Shown piece after piece: positions 57,055 through 64,000 of a stretch of DNA of 64,000 bases. The notes under the pieces are model-generated. The model was not told the DNA's origin and ran no database searches. It saw only the letters and a program-made list of their open reading frames with translations. The position numbers were made by a program, and so were the translations under genes. The stretch is from Macrostomum lignano (lineage: Eukaryota): assembly GCA_002269645.1 (NCBI GenBank), contig NIVC01000714.1, positions 248,001 to 312,000 of the forward strand, in the 5' to 3' direction. Position 1 is the stretch's first letter, and each line of letters starts with the position of its first letter.

Positions 57055-57250
57055 ATGAAATGGCTCCTACTCAGATATATGAAATGCCGCCTACCTACTC
57101 AGTTATGAAATGCCGTCTACTCAGTTATGAGATGCCGCCTACTCAGTTATGAGATGCCGCCTACTCAGATAAAATGGTGCCTGCTCAGATATGAAATGGC
57201 GCCTACTCGAATATGGAATGGCGCCTACTTAGTTATGAAATGGCGCCTAC
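57055..57250. repeat. ~22-bp minisatellite (ATGAAATGGCGCCTACTCAGTT)
   Basis: About 9 diverged units. Confidence 0.85.
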
Positions 57251-57738
57251 CAACGAAAGGACGCCCCTCAAAGTTTTGTCCTCTGAAATGAGAGTGTTTT
57301 CCATTCCGGACTCTACTCTATCTAGAAGTCCCTGCCGAGAGGGTCGAGGAGAGGGTTGACGTCCATTCCCTCACTCTACCCCTTCGCGTTTATTCTTCTG
57401 CCGTATCTTTCTCCCTCTCTCTCTCTCTCTCTCTCTCCCTGCGCCGAATAAGTTATTGATTTCACTTTGCGCAGATATTGAGGCCCCGCTGCACCTCCTC
57501 CAGTTCTAGGCAGGCATTGGGCGAGAGATCAACTGGCATTAATCTGCGCGGCCAGGGTTCATAAGTAAGAAAAACTCGTTGCAACGAGAGGCGTGCCTTC
57601 GAACTATTTTATTTATTATCTCTACTTTCTGCTAAAATACAACCTCGATTGTTCCACGGCATCATCAGTGACAGCTGAAAGTTCCAGTTTTGGTTATATA
57701 TCTGCGACACTCGTCCTCACGAATTACTTTTTGAGACT

Positions 57739-59732
57739 ATGTCTGGAGAAGGCGGTAAGTTACAGCAGTTACAGCTGATGGAGCTAGGGTAGCCCCAAGC
57801 ATATCGAAAAATCCCGAATGGTCACCAGATCCCGAATGGCGCCCTCACCAGATCCCGAATGGCGCCCACACCAGATTCCGAATACTGCCCTCAGCAGATC
57901 CCGAATAACGCCCTCACCAGATCCCGAATGGCGCCCACACCAGATTCCGAATACTGCCCTCAGCAGATCCCGAATGGCGCCCTCAGCAGATCCCGAATTG
58001 CGACCTCACCAGATCCCGAATGGCGCCCTCACCAGATCCCGAATGGCGCCCTCACAAATCCCAAATGGCGACCTCACCAGATTCCGATTGGTGCCCTCAC
58101 CAGATCCCGAATGGCGCCCTCAGCAAATCCCAAATGGCGACCTCACCAGATCCCGAATGGCGCCCTCACCAGATCCCGAATGGCGCTCTCACCTAATCCT
58201 GAATGGCACCCTCAGCAGAATTCGAACGGCGCCCCTCCCAAACAGACCCAAACGACGCCTCTACCGAAACAGACCTGATCCTAAAAATGGTAACTACTCA
58301 GCCCCTTTTCCATTCAAAATGGTGCCAGCATAGCAAAACCTAGGCCGATCCGTCGTAGCACCCCCCCCTCCCCCACCAGAACCCAGTTGTAGCACCCACT
58401 GGTAAAATTATCTTTATCCTTAGATTATACCGTACATTTAATGGAAATTATTTTACGCATTTGCATCTGAAAATTTACTTCGAAGTATTAGCTGTTGCAA
58501 AGCGACAACGCCCCTATTTTGGCATTTCAGAAGAGGCCCCAGCGGCAGAGGTTAGTTCGATCAACATTATTTTTAGTTCGCATGGTAAAGGCAGAACGTA
58601 ACCCCACACAGTGCTTCTTGCCAGCCGTAAACGACCGCGGCATTGGGGCATTGTATATTAATAAGAAAACTTTACTGCTAATTTAGGGTCGTCCTAAGCA
58701 TCGGCTTAATCAAACAATTTGCGCTATAGGGAACATTTGCGAGAGAAAGACGCTTGCTCGCAGACCCCAACCCTTACCCTACAATCTCGCCATTTCTGAT
58801 CAACCGCCCACGGCCTGGCTGCTGCTGCGTAGTTGATGCGCCCATGTAATTGGTACCGTTCAGACTAAAGTAAATAAGAGAAATTATTTATGACTAACCA
58901 TATGCTGAACTGCTTCCTGCAAAGCTTGTAAATCTTATTACACAGGGTTCTTTGTACTGACCTGATTTGGACTCGCTATACACAATGCATCTGACTCGTA
59001 AAACTTTCAGACCACGACTACAACTGAGGAGACGAAGACAGTCGAAGAGACAACTACAGAGGTTTGGTCCTTTCTTGGCTCTGTGTTTCAGTTGGACTGC
59101 ATGATTGATACTTATTGCAACTGTTGTATCTCACGCCTGTCCCATCTCATTCCCTTTCTAGCCAATCATGGGCTAGCCTAGCCTAGCGTATGTACACTTC
59201 CTGTCCCATCTATCCTCCGTCAACAGCCTCACTCTATCGCTCTCATCTCTGATTGGCTATCGCAGCGTCCAGTGAAGTTTGACATTTAGCTCAGAGATCG
59301 AAATAAGTGGATTGGATTCAAATCGCGCACAGTACGCTTGACTGAAAAAGAGAGGGGCTGGCTGGTTTTCTATGTCTCTCTTGCTTTCTCTCTCTGTCCT
59401 CCGCCTGCCTCCCAATCATTTCCTATGTACACTCAGTCAGTCAGTCAGTCAGTTGTGTCTAAATGTCTATTTTCTCTTTCCCACCAGTAGCCACGAATAA
59501 CAACCTTATTCCTCCGCCTCCCTTTCAATCCGATTGGCTATCGAATCGATTGACAAAGAAGGTCAAATCAACGCTCTCGTCTCAGTTAATGTTATCAACA
59601 TAAGATTTTCTTCTTTTCCAGGAAGCAAAAGCCGGCGATGCCTCTAATGGCGACTCCAAGGCTAAAGAGGGCGACGTGAACAAGAACGTGAAAGACCAAC
59701 AGCCTGGCAATGTCTGCTGCAACATTGTGTGA
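57739..59732 (+). CDS. Micro-exon gene for a 65-aa acidic peptide with a C-terminal CCaaX lipidation motif; exons 57739-57754, 58531-58550, 59011-59061, 59622-59732
   Basis: ATG TCT GGA GAA GGC G|GTAAGT; TTTCAG|20 nt|GTTAGT; TTTCAG|51 nt|GTTTGG; TTCTTTTCCAG|111 nt to TGA. Phases 1,0,0 join without stops to MSGEGEEAPAAETTTTTEETKTVEETTTEEAKAGDASNGDSKAKEGDVNKNVKDQQPGNVCCNIV*. AATAAA at 59736 and ~59753. Confidence 0.72.
57822..58250. repeat. 23-bp minisatellite (CAGATCCCGAATGGCGCCCTCAC) in intron 1 of the CaaX gene
   Basis: About 18 units, related to the 57055-57250 unit. Confidence 0.9.
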
Positions 59733-60408
59733 CACAATAAATTGCTTTGTTTAATAAACGAATACTACGGTAAACAGTCAATTATGGGCAAATCTTGATA
59801 ATGAGTACTTCTGTAAATCTTAGTGTTATGTGCTCATCAACAGCTAACCCCTCCAACTGACGCTGTGATGGGCATGCGAAACTTTTAGATCATGTGTAAC
59901 AGCGTGAGTTGGGAGAGGATTTCAGCTGTTGCTGAGTACTCGTATGCTCCAATGGACGAAATTGTTTATTTTCGTAATTCAAAAAACGTTTGAAGGAATT
60001 TAAATTAAATATTGCTATCACTATATAAAGCTTTTTGCTCAGAAACTAAACATCTTTAAGTTATACTACGTAGCTTTTTCTCAAAAATCGGGTCCTGGAA
60101 TTCCTTGTTTCGATTAAACAAACTTTAAATAATAAACATCGATAAAAGACTGTCGTTATCTCCTTATACCTTTTATGTGGTGAAGGATCTAATAAAAATA
60201 TCTGTGCATCGTTTTTATTTGCTAATTGACCGAGAAATTGTTTAAATTCAACAATAGTCAACGTACATATACATTGCAACTGCATATCCGGTATACAAAG
60301 CAGCACGATCTGTAAACTCACTCGTATGTTTATCCAGGTGCTTTATCTGAAGCTTTCGAACAACCTAAATAATTTGTACGTACATGTCCTGCCCATCACT
60401 TGAAATCT

Positions 60409-60690
60409 AGGCCGCAGCCCAGAGGTCCAGCGCGGCGCTCTGATGTGCCAGCGGCCCAGGCTCGATTCCCAGTGCAGTCACATTATTTGGGGCTAAATTG
60501 TAATCTCGGCTTAAGCTCTTCTCGTGCAATTAACACCTTTAAGGGCCAACCCCCAGGGCACAATGAAGTGTACATCCCTAACGATAAAGTCGGGGCCGCT
60601 CCGGGTAGTTGTGTGACTCGGCGGAATTGGCAGTAATGCCTCTCGCCGGTGTGACAATGCCGCCCAAAGTTATCTGGGAAGCTTGTCCAA
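60409..60690 (+). mobile_element. tRNA-derived SINE-like element
   Basis: Box A-like GCAGCCCAGAGG and box B-like GGCTCGATTCC at tRNA spacing. It cannot fold as an intact tRNA, and the 3' boundary is uncertain. Confidence 0.5.
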
Positions 60691-60850
60691 CAACTGAGGA
60701 TCTTGGGGCTGGCTCAGCAACTGACACTCTGGGAGGCTGTCCCAGCAATCGAGGATCTGGGAGGCTTGCCAAGCAAATGAGGATCTGGGAGGCTGGCCCA
60801 GCAGCTGAGGATCTAGGAGGCTTGCCAAGCAAATGAGGATCTGGGAGGCT
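60690..60850. repeat. Short inverted copy of the 28-bp Syk-intron minisatellite
   Basis: CAGCAACTGAGGATCTGGGAGGCTGGCC is the reverse complement of the 5915-7515 unit. Confidence 0.85.
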
Positions 60851-60931
60851 CAGGAAATACTAGGAAGTGAGAAAGTTCCTAAGATTCAAGCATCAATTGA
60901 AAGATCAAAGGCATTCGTCACTATTCATTAG

Positions 60932-63011
60932 CTACATCGCTAGGAATCTGGGCACATGCGTTTTCGACGGCGACGTGAACGACTCCTCAGGTGGCTGACG
61001 CTGCGGCGGTGGCTGCGACTCCAGCCAGTTTCGAGATTGCGCTGCCTGATGCGCCTCGTCTAAGCCACTGTGATTCAGAGGCCACCGACCAAATAATGCC
61101 TCGCTGGCTGAAGCTCTGAAAGGTGGAGCGAAGCAACGATGCGTCTAAGTGAACTTAGTGAACCAACCAACCAACCAACCAACCAACCAACCAACCAACC
61201 AACCAACCAACCAACCAACCAACCAACCAACCAACCAACCAACCAACCAACCAACCAACCAACCAACCAACCAACAAACCAACCAACCAACCAACCAACC
61301 AACCAACCAACCAACCAACCAACCAACCAACCAACCAACCAACCAACCAACCAACCAACCAACCAACCAACCAACCAACCAACCAACCAACCAACCAACC
61401 AACCAACCAACCAACCAACCAACCAACCAACCAACCAACCAGCCGAAAATCGAAGAAATTAATTAACTAACCTTGCCGAAGCGTGCTGTTGCTCTATCAC
61501 TACTGTCAGCATCCGAGGATGCCGATAGCTCGCTGACTCTCCCAGCTCCGTCTCCGATGGCACCGCTCGAAGTCGACGCCTTGATCTGCTGATCAGAGAC
61601 TCAGCGGGGTCCAGGCAGCACTGGACGATCTTGTTGTTGAGTCCGCTGACAACCACGATATCCGCATCGTCTGCGGAAGTGCCGTGCCAAGTGCAGCCGC
61701 TGTGAAGCGATGCCTCCGATGTAGTGAACCGTCCGGAAAGGTGGCGGGCTCGAGCTGGCATCACCCAGTCAGTCATGGGCAGCAGCTCGGCGCTCAGGCT
61801 GGTGAGGGTCTCCATGCTGGGCAGCGTGAGCAGGTCTCGGGAGCCGCCCAGTCCGTCGCCACCGCTGGGAGACACCTGCGGGATCAGAGAATAGTGGACA
61901 GCTTTTTATTATCCGAACCTCAATATTGAAATCCCAAAATCTGTTTCAGAATTTAGGAGCTTCAGAATCGGAAATCTTAAAATTAATAATATTAATAATA
62001 ATAATTGATTACAACTGCCCTACTGGTCAGATGTGCAACCGACAGCTAAGCCGCAGCTATTGCGCGGCGCATCTGAAGGCTGCGTACAAGGACTGGGGGG
62101 GGGAGGTCGCCACACACAGCCTCAATTACCCCAGCTAATGCTGGCACCCATTTTACAGCTGGGTGAACTGAAGCGATGCAGAGTTAAGTGTCTGTCTTGC
62201 TCAAGGACACAAATTTTTCCGAGCGGGTCGAGAATCGAACCCACGATTTTTCAGTCGTAGGTCCGATGCTCTAACTCAAGGGTTAGAACCTAGCTAATGG
62301 CCACGGGCCAGGGAGAGAGAGAAGGAAAGGGAATAGAGTAGAGAAGAGAAAACAGATGAGAGAAGAGAGGAAAGTCGAGAGAGGAGATGAGAAAAGATGA
62401 GAGGAGATGAGAGATGAGATATGAGATATGGGATGAGAGAAGATAAGAAAATAGATAAAGATGAGAGATGAAAGGAGAGAAGAGAAGAAAGAGAAGATAA
62501 GATGAGAGAGGAGAGGAGAGAAGAGGGGCGAGGTAATAGAGAGAAGAGGAGAGACAGGTGGTAAGAGAGCTGAGAAGAGACGCAAACCTTGAGCGGGCCT
62601 AACCACTAGGCTACAACCCCATTGAAATTAGGTCAGAATAGGAAGCTCAGAAAGCTCAGAGTCTCAAAGCGTCACCTGAATGGCCACAGTCCGCCTGTCA
62701 AGAGCCAGCCTAATAAACGGCTGCATCGCTCGTTTCAAGTTGCGCCTCCTCTGCCGTTCCTCTTCCACGCGTACAGTCGGAGTGCTGCGCAGAAAGGCGC
62801 TCACCTCCCGGTCCAGCTCCCGCTTCCCAGCTCGCCGGTTGATGTGCGACACAATCATGAACAGGATGGCCATGGCGTATACCGTCACCACCGTCACAAC
62901 GTACCACATGGCGCCGTTGTGATCGTAGGGAGTCTCAGCTGGAGCCGTAGTCACCGGCGGGGCACCAGTGCCATTCGACAGCAGTCCCAGCAAGTGAGTT
63001 CGGCGACCCAT
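60932..63011 (-). CDS. Single-pass membrane protein with a KCNE-like TM region; exons 63011-62676, 61875-61472, 61115-60932; 307 aa
   Basis: No signal peptide; an NGT sequon; one TM ([24 protein letters not shown]) followed by the basic [13 protein letters not shown] and a Ser/Pro-rich tail. Splice sites CAG|GTGACG..CCCGCAG|GTG (phase 0) and AG|GTTAGT..CACCTTTCAG|A (phase 2) give a 924-nt open frame. Confidence 0.75.
61160..61441. repeat. (ACCA)n microsatellite in intron 2 of the minus-strand membrane protein gene
   Basis: About 70 units. Confidence 0.98.
61985..62620 (-). mobile_element. tRNA-derived SINE interrupted by an insertion at 62275-62598
   Basis: Removing the insert restores GGGGTTGTAGCCTAGTGGTTAGAGCATCGGAC..GTGGGTTCGATTC (boxes A and B). 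This is followed by the body GTGTCCTTGAGCAAGAC..CACTTAAC..CACCCAGCTGTAAAATGGGTGCC and an (ATT)n tail at ~61985-62005. Confidence 0.8.
62275..62598 (-). mobile_element. CT/GA-microsatellite non-autonomous element inserted in the SINE head
   Basis: Flanked by CTAA (62271-74) and CTAA (62599-602). It has the inverted 7-mers CTCAAGG (62275-81) and CCTTGAG (62587-93) and a ~270-bp GA-rich core. Confidence 0.7.
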
Positions 63012-63444
63012 TGCTGACAGGCCAACTTGTCAGGCTAGAATTCTCGCGAGCTCGAGTTGAATTGGTTTTAAGAAAGAATGAAGCGGGAGGAGGGAGAGAA
63101 AAGACAGAGAGTAAAGGCTTACTGAGATGGCCTTTGCATTAACTGCAGCCCCACCTCAACTGTCTTCTCTACGGTACTATATAGTCCTTCAGCCTCGCCT
63201 AGAACCGCCATTTGCCTGCTTTGCAGATAGAATGCAAACTAACTATATAGATAATAAACTCTGCTATATGGCAAGTTGAGATACACGCAAGTCTGCCTAT
63301 TGTACCGCTCTGTTGTGCATAGAATGATTGGACAACTTCAGACAATGGTTCGTATTTTTGGAAATTAAATGTGATATACGATGCTATTGTAGAGTACAAT
63401 TGCTTCATTTTAGAGTAACTGGTTTCTGACTTTGTTAGATACGT

Positions 63445-64000
63445 AGGGCACTGATGTTGGGGCACTGATGTGTGGGGCACTGATGTGTTGGGGCACTGAT
63501 GTATTGGGGCACTGATGTTGGGGCACTGATGTGTGGGGCACTGATGTGTTGGGGCACTGATGTTGGGGCACTGATGTGTGGGGCACTGATGTGTTGGGGC
63601 ACTGATGTATTGGGGCACTGATGTTGGGGCACTGATGTATTGGGGCACTGATGTTGGGGCACTGATGTGTTGGGGCACTGATTTTGGGGCACTGATGTAT
63701 TGGGGCACTGATGTGTTGGGGCACTGATTTATTGGGGCACTGATGTGTTGGGGCACTGATTTTGGGGCACTGATGTATTGGGGCACTGATGTATTGGGGC
63801 ACTGATGTGTTGGGGCACTGATGTATTGGGGCACTGATGTTGGGGCACTGATGTATTGGGGCACTGATGTTGGGGCACTGATGTGTTGGGGCACTGATTT
63901 TGGGGCACTGATGTATTGGGGCACTGATGTGTTGGGGCACTGATTTATTGGGGCACTGATGTGTTGGGGCACTGATTTTGGGGCACTGATGTATTGGGGC
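63445..64000. repeat. 14-16-bp minisatellite (GGGGCACTGATGTGTT/GTATT) running off the window end
   Basis: Tandem GGGGCACTGAT units. Confidence 0.97.

Noticed and set aside
57620-57690. Hammerhead ribozyme cores (CTGANGA..GAAA) here on the minus strand, at ~36812 and ~37877, and in CTGAGGA-containing arrays
   Set aside because: Stems II and III and the cleavage triplet cannot be formed convincingly.
61075-61144. Alternative last exon ([22 protein letters not shown]) for the minus-strand membrane protein
   Set aside because: Its acceptor at 61145 is weaker; the acceptor at 61116 has a better pyrimidine tract and opens a longer, coding-like frame.
61075-61466. ORFs with PTNQ / LVGW repeats
   Set aside because: Translations of the intronic (ACCA)n microsatellite.

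Overview
Eukaryotic (animal) genomic DNA: GC-rich spliced exons in AT-rich sequence, with minisatellite-packed introns and a short (TTAGGG)6. The style suggests a free-living flatworm such as Macrostomum; this is inference, not proven. There are no rRNA genes, intact tRNAs or CRISPR arrays. I built the gene models by hand from GT-AG sites and phase checks. On the + strand: a Syk/ZAP70-family tandem-SH2 tyrosine kinase (5 exons, 11.9-kb intron), USP14 (5 exons), ATP synthase subunit e, and an orphan ORF with no in-frame Met and a C-terminal hydrophobic tail. Further along the + strand are a weak, frameshifted gene candidate at 54-57 kb and a 4-exon micro-exon gene for a 65-aa acidic peptide ending in a CCaaX lipid anchor, which the ORF track misses. 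On the - strand: an intronless secreted IL-17/PTTH-like cystine-knot gene and a 3-exon single-pass membrane protein with a KCNE-like TM segment. The rest is roughly 30 tandem arrays, a solo LTR, a hAT MITE with a perfect TSD, tRNA-derived SINEs (one interrupted by a microsatellite-bearing element), Helentron/HINE-like ends, and two inverted copies of a Y-shaped hairpin module.
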